Positions 1-12,189 of a stretch of 60,251 nucleotides of DNA are shown one piece after another. The translations under genes and the position numbers were made by a program. The stretch lies in NCBI GenBank assembly GCA_048213135.1, contig PS015020.1:636055-696305 (forward strand), read 5' to 3'. The notes beneath the pieces are model-generated. The model worked only from the letters and a program-made list of their open reading frames with translations. It was not told the DNA's origin and did no database searches. Position 1 is the stretch's first letter, and each line of letters starts with the position of its first letter. The stretch comes from Reclinomonas americana ATCC 50394. Taxonomy: Eukaryota.

Positions 1-21
1 AGCGCGGGAGGCAAGTCACAC

Positions 22-65
<44 letters not shown>

Positions 66-87
66 ACTCTGACTCTCTCACACACAG

Positions 88-1575
88 GACTGTGTTGCAC
101 TATGCTGCTGTGTGTGGCGACCCGTCTGTGGTGGACTTTCTGTGCGCGCGCTGCTCATCACTCACGCGCACGAGCGTGGACGCGGAGGGATTGAGCGCGT
201 GGGAACTTGCTCTGCGCGCAGGTCGCCAGTGTGAGGCGCGCATTCTCCAGCGATGGGCCTCCACTGGCGCAGTGGTGACTCTGAGAAGTGGAGCTGCGCA
301 GGCGTTGGTGTTGCATGCGCTGGCCGCCTCAGGTCAATCACAATCACTGACATTATCACCAACATCATCAATCTGACTTAAGATTGCCATTGTCATTGTC
401 TGCGTCGTAGGTGAGATTGATGCGTTGATGGAGGCTGTGGAGCAGGGCGTGGATCTTGCGGGCGTGTATGATCGTGAGCAACGATCGTTGGTGCACACGG
501 CGGCTGCGGCCGGGCAGCTGGCCGTGGTGCGATACCTGGTCGAGGAGTGCGGCTTGTCTGTTGAATCGCGTGATCGGTTTGTGTGTGTGTGTGTGTGGGC
601 GATGAATGATGGGGGAGAGTATTCAAAACCGATGTGGTGCAGGTGGGGATCGTCGCCGGTGGCGGAGGCGCTGGATGGCGAGTTTATCGATGTGGTGGAG
701 TACTTGCAGTCGAGAGGTGCTGTGCGTGGTCCGCCGCTCTTGAGTTGCGTTTTTTTTTTTGGCCGGGCGAGTGCGCGTGTGCGTGTGCTGATGTGGTGTT
801 GTGTAGCGGTCAAGCAGCGCATGGGTTGCTTGTTGTGGGCGGCGGCGGCGCGGGGTGATGTGCTGGCGGTGCGGGCATTGCTGGCGGCAGGTGCCGATGT
901 GAATTACATGAATGAGGATGGCCGGTGAGTCGCTGCCGTCGTGCGGGGAACATGGAGTGCTGGCACTCGACTCACCTCGAGTGCGCAGAACGGCATTGCA
1001 TATTGCGTCGTCGTACGGGCACTTGGAGGTGGTTCTGGTGCTGCTGCAGGCCGGTGCAGTGCGCCATGTGGCCGATCAGTGGGGTTCGCCACCACTGCAG
1101 GATGCAGTGCGGCATGGACACACTGGTGAAGGGGGTTGTTGTTGAGGGTGTTGATCGTGAGTGTGACCTTTTTCTGACCTGAGTTTCTTGTGTTCATGTG
1201 TGCGCAGCGATTGCTGCTCTCTTCCAGGGCAATCACCCGTCTGTGCTGATGCAACTGCGGGCGAGCACGCAAGGTGGCGGCGCCGATGATGACGACGATG
1301 ATGGGGATGATGGAGATGATATGGGGGACATGGCAAGTGAGGGAACTGGTGTCTCGCTTCTCGATCCCGTAAGGGTATGGCACGATAACTCGTTTCGTGT
1401 GCGTGTGTCGACTGTTTGCGCTTACCTTTACAATTTAGGCCCGTGAGGCGCCCACGATTGCGTTGGAGGTGAGTCGATCGGTTGGGATTGGGGAAGAGGA
1501 TGCACGTTGTCTCACATTTGTTTGTTTGCATGACTCTCGGTGCAGATGGATGATCAGGTGTGTACGCGCGCGCGC

Positions 1576-1664
<89 letters not shown>

Positions 1665-3098
1665 TTGCATCCGCTTGTTGTTGGTGGACTCTTTATCACT
1701 CTTTCTTCAGGCACAGTCATTAGCGGATACCGACATGGTCTCGATGCCGCCACTAAGACCACTGCCGCGTGGTATCCCGCCGCTGCCGACGTCCCCGAAT
1801 CAGAGATTATCGCACGCTGCCGCAGAGTTTGCGTCAAGCTCGGCGGCCGCGTCGAGTCATTCAGCAGGTACCAGCTGCTTGCAGAGTTCACATTTTCTTC
1901 ATGCGCCTAACCTGTGTTTGCGCACGTAGCCGAGGTTGCAGAAATGGGCTGGGACTCACCGGGAGCTCCCGCCGAACACGGCAGCAGCAGCAGCAGGAGT
2001 CGACTCGGTCTTCTGGACGCCGGCTCTCCGTATTCGATCGGTGAGCGTGATCGTGATAACCCTCTCCACTCTTTGGTTGGCTCATTCTGTCGGCGGTAGA
2101 TTCGCGTCGTTCACACGACTCCAATCCGGCCGTGTCACCGCCGCACGTGGTGGTACAGTCGGATGCAGAGTGCGAGCCGTGCTCCAATCTCTTTCACCAC
2201 AATGCTCGGCGGTACCACTTGCTGTTCGACACGCTCTTTAGTCAGCTGTGCGATCAGTATGGATGGGACTATGGCGAGGTGGGTGGGATGCTCGGAAGCA
2301 TGTAATCGATGGCATTCCTCTCAACACCCCGTGTTGCCAGGTGTGGATTCCCATTTTTGAGGAGGGTGCGTTCAGAAAGCTGGAATTGTGTCGCCGCTGC
2401 TGCTTCGTCTCCGAGTGCGATCCGTCGCTGGTCGAGTTTTACGAATCGTCATCGCATCTGCCGTTTGACATTAATTGTGGCCTGCCGGGTCGTGTGTTTG
2501 CCACGGGAGTGCCAGAATTGCAAAAACGTTGCGCTCGCCACTGCCCGACCCCCGTTGTAGTCATTGAAGACTGATGATCGTGCTCCTTCGCAGATCTGCT
2601 CACATCATTTCAAGGATCATTTCTGCGTGCGCCGTTTGCACGCAAGTGCCGGTTGCTGGAGGCGTTTGGGTTCCCGGTTTTGCACGAGGGCACTGTGGTG
2701 GCAGTGGTGGTGTTTTTCTCGCGCGCCACCAAGGTGATTCGCGGCACTGCGCGACGACAACGACGACGCACCACCCCCTCTCTATCCTTCCACTTACCTG
2801 TTGTGCTCGCAGGACGAGGGTATCATGCACATGTATCAGTCGTTTGCGGATACACTGGAGAGCATTGTCTCGGCGCTCATCATCTCGAGCCAGCGCCATC
2901 ACAGTCGACCGCAGCTGTACCCGGTGTTGGCGAATATTGTGTATGAGAGTGGGCATGTTGGTGAGGCGCGAGGGAGGGATGGAGAGAGGGGAAGAGCGAA
3001 TGAGGCTGGATGCGCCAGAGTCTGGGAGCTGGGGGAATAGAAGACAGGGCGTTGCATGTCTGCTATTGTTGTTGTCGTTGTCCTTGTAGTTGTTGTCG

Positions 3099-3168
<70 letters not shown>

Positions 3169-4850
3169 GCGTGTGTTTGTGAATGTGCGCGTGTTGTTGA
3201 GAGTGATACGCTCTGCGGCGCGTGAGCAGGATTCGTCCTCACTCGCTCTCACCCTCCCGTTCCTCACTTGTCGCAGGTATCGACACGCTGCCCATTATTG
3301 TCAAGTTGAAGCTTTTGAATGATGTATACCGCTCCGCCTCGTCGATGGTGTCGGTGGAACACCAGGATGCGGTGCCAGTTCTGGTCGCGCTCGTGCATCA
3401 GGTGGAGAGAATACGAAGTTGCGTGTGGGTGTCACGTGCGTGATTGTGTGGTATTGTTGTTGGTATTCACACCATGTTCATGTGCAGCGCTATCGCTCGA
3501 CGCGCGAGTTTTTGCGCCACTCGTGAGTGCGCTGAAGCATTTGGCGACGGTGAGTCCCACCGAGTCCAGTGCCACCCCGGTGCGGCTTCTTGCGTGGGAA
3601 GCGTTGTACACACTGCATCGATGTGGCGTCCTTGGTGCGTGCCGACTCTTATTAAAGTTGTGTCGGCGCTCTCGTTCCCTCACCGGTCGCTTGCAGCCGC
3701 GGTGGAGAGACCATTCTACTCTCCCACGTCACCCTCTCCGGTGCGCAAGCACATTCGGCAGTGGATTTTGGAGGCGGAGGCCTCGTTTTATGCCGCATTG
3801 CCTGAGCTGCACGCCATGTTCCCCGTGCGGTGCGTGGAGAGTCGTGCCCTTTTCTGTTTGTTTCATTTGTCGCCTCCTTCTCACTCGCCTGTGTTGCGTC
3901 ACAGTGTGACCGACAAGCCGTACACCGACGGTGCAGTGTGTGCCATGGTGGCGGCAACGGGTGCCAGCGCGGTCGGCACCTCCACCGAGCTGCTGGTGCG
4001 ACGCATCACGGACGTGTTGAACGACTTGTGGAGTCGTTGTTCAACGGCGGAGCATTCTACCGCCGGTTCTCCATCGTCGTCGGCGGTATCGTCGTCATCG
4101 CCGTTGTCGACACCAATGGCTGCGGCTGCTCGGTCGGGTGGTGGCGATGTGCACGACATGCTGCGAGAGCTGCTGACGCTGGAAAACGTGCACGCCATGT
4201 ACGCACAGCTGCGCCCGGTGCCTGTGGCTGGTGCGTTGAACAGCTTCTTTGCCTTCGATCCTCTCACATTTGCATCTCACGGGTTATGTGCAGGCGAGTC
4301 AAACAATGCCTTCCGAGCGGAACCACTGGTGCGAGTAATGCGCATGGCACCGGGCACCTACCGCACATTTCTGCCGTCGGAGGAGATCATGGCCGCCACG
4401 CAGGACCTGCTAACGTGGGTCACGTGGTGGCGGCCGACCAGAACTAGTGGTGGTAGCCGTCACGGCGGCGGCGGCGGCAGCAGCAGCAGTAGTAGTAGTA
4501 CAGAGCGCGGGACCGGTGGCGAGCAGCCACCCGATTTGACATGCGTGCTGCGTGCCTTTGTGCTGGCGGTCGTGCTGATTGACTACGTGTGCCCATTCGG
4601 CTCCGACAATGAGCGAGTGGCACGGCTGCTGTCGTCGCTGGTGCTCCGTGCCGGCGGCTTGCCGGTGACCATGTTGCGGTGGATTGGCGATCGGGGTGAT
4701 GCCGATGAGGCGACCTTGTTATCGGCCGCCGTATCGTCGGCGTCAACCATCGCTGCCACCGCATCGTCATCGACGTATGCGCCCGTGTCGACGTCGCTGT
4801 TTGAGGACGCCATGGATTTGATTCGAGTGGACTGGCAGGCGGTGCAATAA
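88..4850 (+). CDS. Ankyrin-repeat + GAF-like + degenerate Fic (Fido) domain protein; multi-exon, 5' end before the window
   Basis: Spliced exons give ankyrin repeats (TVLHYAA, RSLVHTAAAAGQLAVVRYLV, DGRTALHIASSYGHLEVVLVLL), a GAF-like segment (WDYGEVWIP...GLPGRVFATGVPE...FLRA...EAFGFPV...VVAVVVFFS) and a C-terminal Fic-like segment with motif VCPFGSDNERVAR. Stop TAA at 4848-4850. Confidence 0.75.
3066..3168. repeat. Intronic (GTT)n microsatellite
   Basis: Direct reading of the sequence. Confidence 0.95.
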
Positions 4851-4956
4851 GGAACCGTATATATATGTAATGCAACTAATGGTCGTCGCTGGGGAGAAAG
4901 GGAGTGGGAGGTGATACGTGGCACGATTACGCACTGATCCATTCAACTCTCTGCAT

Positions 4957-6748
4957 TTACTCGAGAGTCTCTTGCAGCAACAGCAGCACCTTGCGACGAT
5001 TGTCAGAGTCCTGGAACAAGGCACAGATGAGGTTCGACAACTCCATGGCGCGGAACTGCTTGGCCGTGAGTTTGCCACGCCGCAGCATCTTTTCAATGTC
5101 GGCCAGCCGCGAGTCCAACAGCACCACGAGTTGCTGGAAGCGTGACCAGCAGGGAACATACGACTGCACACGTTGGCTGCGTCAGCATTCGGTACAGAGA
5201 GAAACACGAGGCGGGGCAGAACGCACGCACCTCCACAGCGCCGCCAAAGTAATCTTGCACGCCGTAGAGCACGCTGAGCGACTTGTGCAACATCTCCGAG
5301 TAGCGCGCCGAGATTGTGTCGAGTGCGAGGAGCTGCGCACACACGTGTCGCAGCACGTGTTCCACCACGGTGCCGAGGTGGCGTAACCGAATATCGTCTG
5401 CCGGCAGCACGCGCAGCTGCTGGTGCAACTCGTCCAACGCCGTGACGCACAAGTCCAATTGTGCGTGCAGGGCGTCCTCCGAGAGCACTTGCTGCATGGT
5501 GAGGCGATCCGACAATGTTCGTGCTTGCCACTCCTGAGGGAGAGTAAGATTAACAGGTGCGTGCATCTGCCATCTGTCGGCACACACTCACCATCACTCG
5601 TCCGACCGAGTGCTCGGCCACCAACCGCAGTCGCGACTCGACTCCGGCCAACTCCAATGCAGATTCGCCTTGTACGGCAACAAAGGCGTGCACGATGCGC
5701 TGCACGCAAAGGGCGACACAGAGATAGTCGTTGTGCAGCAACAGAACCGCGCCGACTGTGTTGACTGACGTGCGCAGGCGCGCGTGCGCCAACGGTGTGT
5801 CGGCCGAGTAGGCCAGGGGGGCAGCGGCGTGCGACTGCGACGAATTTCAGTGACTGAGATACGCGAGTGGAGTGTGGCGCAAAAACCTTGGCAGTGGCGG
5901 GATCCACGAGATACAACGAGTGCAACAGGTGCACAATGTCGCGCACTGCCGCCAAGTACACCAATGCCACCCGCCGTTGTGACCTGCATGGTTCGGCAGT
6001 GTAAGCGACGCACACCACGGTGAGAGCGACGTGGGAGCGCTGACCTTGCGGTGTAGACCAGCGGACGCACGATCCGATCGGCCAGCACGCGCAGCACTTC
6101 ACAGCACAGCGGCGACACGGGCGCGCGTGCCAAGGCCAGACCCACTGAGCGCAGCCAGTCAGATTCCTCGTCGCTGAACGCGAGTGTGGACGTTGGCGCC
6201 AGCGCCTCGTCCACCGCCATCACGGCATCGACGCCCGACGGTGCCGGATCGCCTGCGCGTGGAAGAGAATGCAGGCACTCGAGTACCTCCGTGCGTGCCA
6301 TGTCACACACGCTTTGTGCGCACACGAGTAGCAGCTGCATTCGCCCAGTCAATCACACGAGAAGAGAAAAATGATGAGGAAAGAGGAGAGGGAATGAAAC
6401 AGACCCGCTCCTCTGAAAACGCCTGGTGCAACTCGGCGACGGTCGCATCGGCCTCCAAACCGGAGCTGCGGCTAATCCACGCACACAAGTCGGTGACGGC
6501 CTGCTGCACCTCCGAGGCATGGGAGGGTGTGGGGTCGGCGGCCAGTGAGCGATGCAGTGCGGTGGCCAGCGGACACTCTTGCCTCTGCAGGAGTGTGTGT
6601 GGAGTGAGCAGCGGGAGATGCGTGGCTCACCGGCGACGAGACACATACCGTGGAAGTGTTGAGAAGATAGGCCAGCACGGTGTGGGAGGCGGGATGGGCG
6701 TCGGAGACACCGCGATTCAACTGCGACACGGCAGTGAGGTACAAGAAG

Positions 6749-6797
<49 letters not shown>

Positions 6798-7680
6798 CTA
6801 CAGAATTGTGTGACTTCCCTCTCTCCTCACGAACCGCCACATCCACATGCTGCACCGTAAACTGCAGCAAACACCGCACAGCCTTCGCCACACGCTCGTG
6901 CCTGTCCGCCGTCGCCTCGCGCTCCCCGACTGCCGCCACTTGCACGGCACACGCACCGTCATCGACCGACAGCTGATCCTCTCGCGGAAACGCATGCTCT
7001 CCCTCGTCACCACAGCCACGCAGCAGCGTCCACGCAGCCTCGGCGAAGCGCTCCAGAGTCTTGCCGGCCACGCCCAACTCTTGCGCCACGACATAGCTGT
7101 CGCGCAACGACTCTGCCCATCGCGGTGAGCGCGCAAGTCGGTGTGACAACAGCAAGCAGCAAGGCGCACCGCGATTGGTCACGCGGAAGCCCGTGTCTGT
7201 CACTGGCAATGTCGACAAGACGCGATCGCTGGCCTTGCTGGCCAACAGCGACAGACGTGACGCAATCTCCTCCTGCTCTCCACGCGCGTGAGGCAAAAAG
7301 AGTGTGTGTGAGAGAGAGAGTTGCGCATACACTCACCAGTCCAGTTGACACGGGCGCCCATGTGCCGACATCGGCCAGTGTGTCGCGCACATGCAGCAAG
7401 TGTGCGCGCTGTGTGTGGTGTGTGTGAGCGCATGTATGTGTGCATGAGAGAGTGAGAGAGACACGCAACAGCCTCGTGAAGCAGCGCGAGTCCGCCAGCA
7501 AGAGGGTCGCCAAGGGAGTCGTACTCGGTGACCAGTGAGTGTGCCTGTGTAAGGGGGACAAGAGGAGAGAGAAGAGTGAGTGAGAGAGGGAAGAAGTGAG
7601 AGAGAGGGAGAAGAACGTGAGGCAGAGAGTGAGTGAGTGAGTAAGTGAGTGTGAGTGTGTGTGTGTGCGTGAGAGAGAAA

Positions 7681-7715
<35 letters not shown>

Positions 7716-8002
7716 CGGGGAGCGCGCGCACATCAACGTGAGTGACTTGTCTCTCTCCCTCTCTCCTCCATTCCCCTTCTCTCCTCCACACGCACTCTTA
7801 TGGCCCTCTCCAGCACATCAGCAACAGTGCGCTCCCGTCGCAACTCGCGCCACGCCTTCTCCTCGGCGGCCTTATCCTCGCGATCAGTGGTCGACTGTTG
7901 TTGCTGATGTTCTCTGTGTGCCTCGCGGAGAGCATCCTGCGCCGCACGTTCACTCTCTCGAGCTGCGCGAACGAGCGCATGTGTCTCGCTCACAGACTTC
8001 AT
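4957..8002 (-). CDS. ZW10: ZW10/Dsl1-like kinetochore and ER-tethering protein; multi-exon, start uncertain (8002 or 8053)
   Basis: C-terminus WSRFQQLVVLLDSRLADIEKMLRRGKLTAKQFRAMELSNLICALFQDSDNRRKVL matches the ZW10 C-terminal pattern (L...L.EI...W..G....F...EV..LIRALFQ.T.RR). Also HNDYLCVA, similar to HNNCMYIA, and QLLALDTISA. Confidence 0.75.
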
Positions 8003-8087
8003 TGGTGAGAAGAGTTTTTCGTTGATTGAGTTGTCCGCCGCAAAACTCTTCATGAAGACCCGTCCCCAACTGGTGTTGTAACTCTCC

Positions 8088-9352
8088 TCACATGACGCTG
8101 CATCCGCGATCCACACCACGACGGCGGTCCCGTTTGCGACGGCGGCTCTCCCTCTCTGCTTTCCTCATCGCCTTCGCCTGCAGCTTCTGCTTATATTCCG
8201 CCTTTTGCTCACGCGTGCCTTCCAGCTGTGCGTGCGGCGATGAGCAGAGTGTAATAAATAATACCATCAGCACGCTTGTGAAAACCGGAACGCACCTCCA
8301 CTTTCATGCCCCTCGCACGAAGGTTTGCCGGTTCAGTGCCATCCAGACGAGCGGGAGCAACGGGCTGTAACAAACACAAACATGAGAAACCATCGCATGC
8401 CAGCAAGCTTCCGCACGCACGCAACAGCGGCTGGCTTGGGCATCTTCTTTGGCGGCTGCACCAAGAAACCAGCGGGATTATCAATGAGACAGAACATGGA
8501 CCGCCGCAAAAATACGTACCTTGTCCTCCTCGACGTCGTCATCGTCGTCATCAACGCTCGTTGAGTCGTACTCGTCGCTGCTGCAGTCATCGTCGTCGTC
8601 ATCGTCGTCATCAACGCTCATTGAGTCGTACTCGTCGCTGCTGCAGTCATCGTCGTCGTCATCGTCGTCATCAACGCTCGTTGAGTCGTACTCGTCGCTG
8701 CTGCAGTCATCGTCACCGTCATCGTCGGAGTCGTCACTCTCCTCTCCACTCTCTTCGTCATCACTGTCGTCGTCTTCTTCCCAGGTCGACATCGAGGCCT
8801 CAGAGGCATACTCACGAGCTTGAGGCGCGGCTGCGGTCGGTGCGACCACAGGTACACGAGCTCGAGGCACGGTTTCAGACATCGCGACCTTGGGCACGCG
8901 AACTTGAGGCGCTGCTGCGGCCATCGCAACCGCAGGCTCTTCGGTCGCCGTCATCTCCTCCGCGGAGCGCTTCCGAGACTGAGAGAGACGGCGACTATGA
9001 TTCTCAGCCGCCTTTCACACGCACACACACAATGTGACGAAACTTTGGGAGTGTGCAGGACCTCCGGCTCGCCGCGCAGACGAGCCAGCAGTTGCGCACG
9101 AGTGCCCGTCACCTGTGCACAGCTCTCGTGAGAATGACCAACTCTCTCTCTCTCACACACACACACGCACCCGCATGTAACGCTTGCGCAGTTCATCCTG
9201 TCGACACAGAGAGAGAGAGAGTAAGTTAACTTCATGCACACACTCAAACTTCATGTGTCGCGCGTCACCTTCAGCTCCACCACTCTCATCCTGTCATAGT
9301 CAGCAGAGGAGGGACCAGCACCGCTTCCACTCGCACCGAATGAGTGTGCCAT
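8088..9352 (-). CDS. SAP-domain acidic/basic protein with C-terminal CaaX (CSVM); short tandem paralogue B
   Basis: Exons give MAHSFGASGSGAGPSSADYDRMRVVELK|DELRKRYMR|VTGTRAQLLARL (SAP-like helix-extension-helix), a long Asp/Ser tract, then ...ESRRRKRDRRRGVDRGCSVM* with the stop at 8088-8090. Confidence 0.65.
8533..8720 (-). repeat. 60-bp coding tandem repeat (about 3 copies) encoding DDDCSSDEYDS(T/M)SVDDDDDD
   Basis: The lines starting 8521, 8581 and 8641 are near-identical with a 60-nt period. Confidence 0.95.
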
Positions 9353-9677
9353 CGCTCGCACTTCAACTCGAGAAAAGGTTTGCGTTCAATTGTCCCGAGC
9401 GGGAAATGCTCGCGCTCCACCCACTGTCCCAAATCAAAATCGACGACTCACTCACCGTTCGGTCTCCAAGGACGTGCTCTGCCAGGCACTGGAGCTGGCA
9501 CCGCAACCGCTGCACGCATGCGCAGGGTCCGGACTCTGTATTTCTCCTCCGGTCCAATGCACCATCGCCCCACTCATAGGCACAGGGCAGGCGGGGACAT
9601 CAAACACAGACCTTTCACAAACAAACAACAAAGTTCATCGGTGTAACAACTAATTCTCCTCTGCGAGCTCCTCCATT

Positions 9678-12189
9678 TTACATGATGCTGCACTCGTCGT
9701 CGGCGCCGTTCTTGCGGCGACGACGGCTATCACGTTTACGACGGCGGCTCTCCATCTCAGCCTTCTTTGCCGCCTTTGCCTTCTGCGTCTGCTTGTGTTT
9801 CGCCTTTTGCTCACGCGTGCCATCCAGCTGTGCGCGGCGATGAGCAGTGTGTAAAGCAGCACGCTGCTGAAAACCAGAACGCACCTCCACTTTCATGCCC
9901 CGCGTTGAGTTCTCGAAAACACTGCACAACTCGTCGTTGAATGTGCCCGTGGCCGTGATGAGGAACATCATCAGGTGGTAGTTCGACAGCATGTCGGCGG
10001 TGACAGCATTGCCAAACAAGTGCTCTCGCAACGCCTTGGCATCGGACGGCTTAACATGCGACTTGCCCGGCATGAGAATCCTCTTCCCCTCCTACACCGT
10101 GAATGACGATTGATGAGATGCAAGAAACACAGCGAACTCGACGGCCACAGAGCACTCCTCACCGCCTCCGTCGCATCCTGTTTGGCCTCGAGCAAATCTT
10201 CCGCTCCGCGCAGGCGGTAACAGACCTGGCCATTTCGCTCCAGCGACTCCATCCTACAGATCCTCCCCCTTTAGCCATCACGTCCTTCACAGAGCACAAC
10301 ATGCTGTGCCACGCACCGCATTCGATAGTGCATGTCCAGCTTGAAGTCGACCGAGTTCAACGAGTTGGGCGAGTAAATGCGCATAACAATGGTGGCGTCG
10401 CGGAACCTGTCGTCGTCATAACTGGGGTCGAAGAACACGCAGCACGGTGCCTTCGAGAGGGCATCCACAAAGCCAGCGGGCACTGCGAATGAATGAGAGA
10501 ATAGACACACGCAGACGGAAAGGAAGGTGAGCGGCGACTTACATTTCTTGCCATGCTTCTGCAAGTACTTGGCGGCCTGATCACGGCAGCTGTTGTTCCA
10601 GAAGCACTGACCGATATCATCGTGGCTAATGTCATCGTAGACTTCGATCCACTCGTTTCCACGCACGGGACCTGCGTTTCTCCCCGGGTGAGAGAATGTG
10701 CGGGCACAGCGGATGGCGATAAGAAGGTGCACCTTCAGTCTCCAGATCGTTGCGCTCCGCCTCGTACTTGCGGAACTGCTCGTCGGTGCCTGCAGCGGCG
10801 CTAAGAGAGGCCATGCTCCAGCGCTTTTTGATGCTCTCTGAGGGAGAGGGAGGGAGAGGGAGAGGGAGAGAGTGAGGGAGGGGGAGAGGGAGGGGGAGAG
10901 GGAGGGGGTGAGGGTGAGGGTGAGAGAGGGAAGGGAGGGAAGGGAGGGAAGGGAGAGGGAGAGGGAGAGGGAGGGAGGGGGAGAGGTGAAGGTGAGAGAG
11001 GGAGAGAGAGGGAGAGAGAGAGAGGCCGACTGCGGAAAGCGACGAAACCCAAGTCGCCAGAGAGATGGCACTGGGAGGAGAACGCGAGAGTATGAGTGGA
11101 ACAGTGCCCATGGGTAAAACAAGGATGGAAGGGGGTATGTTGGGAGGAGAGTGGAGAAGGCAAGAAAGAGGACGGCGAGCTGTCACTCGGTGGAAGGCAC
11201 CCAAACAAGAAGAAACGCACTAAGGTTTGCCGGTTCGCTGCCATCCGGGCGGGCACGATTGACGGGCGGTTTCTGCGACAAACATAAGCATGAGAAACCA
11301 TCGCATGCCAGCAAGTCCCTGCATCCACGCAACAGCGCTAGCGGCTGGCTTGGCCCGCTTCTTGGGCGGCTGCACCGTGGAAAACCCAATCAGAATACGG
11401 ACCGCTGCAAACACAGACACACACACACACCGAATCCTCCTCGTAGCTGTCGTCATCATCGTCATCCACGCTGTCGGCGTTGTATTCGTCGCTGCTGCTG
11501 TCGTCGTCGTCCTCCTCCTCCACGTCGCGATCGCCACGGCAAAAGTCACGGAAATGTTGGCGGAAGCGCCAGTCACCGTCGTAGTCGTCGTCACGCCCTT
11601 CTCCATACTCGTCGTCGTCGCTCGCGTGATCCTCTTCCCAGGTCGAAATATGTGCAGCAATGGCATACTGACGACCTCGAGGCTCGGCTGCAGCCATCGC
11701 GACCGCAGGCTTCTCAGTTGCAGTTATCTCCGCCGCAGGGCGCTTCCGAGACTGATCGAGGACGGAGACAACACAACCGAGATTCTCAGTCGCTTTTCAC
11801 ATACATGATGATGATCATCCACAAGTGACGAAACTTTGGGAGTGTGCGGAACCTCCGGCTCGCCGTGCAGACGAGCCAGCAGTTGCGCACGAGTGCCCGT
11901 CACCTGTGCACAACTCACGCAGTGAGAATGACGCGATCACACAAACACAAACAGACACAAGCATTCACCCGCATGCCACGCTTGCGCAGTTCATCCTGTT
12001 GGCACACACAGCGAGTAAGCTCACTCATACGCACACACACAGAGGCACACACAATCTTCACGTTTGAGGATGCATGATCACGTGTGTGTGTGTGTCGCGC
12101 GTCACCTTCAGCTCCGGCATTTTCATGCTGTCAAAGTCAGCAGAGGAGGGACCAGCACCGCTTCCACCAGCAACGAGTGAGTGTGCCAT
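9678..12189 (-). CDS. SAP-domain acidic/basic protein with an unrecognised central domain and C-terminal CaaX (CSIM); full-length tandem paralogue A
   Basis: Exons give MAHSLVAGGSGAGPSSADFDSMKMPELK|DELRKRGMR|VTGTRAQLLARL, an acidic tract, central exons (EWIEVYDD, ATIVMRIYSPN, ALREHLFG), then ...ESRRRKRDSRRRRKNGADDECSIM* with the stop at 9678-9680. Confidence 0.7.
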
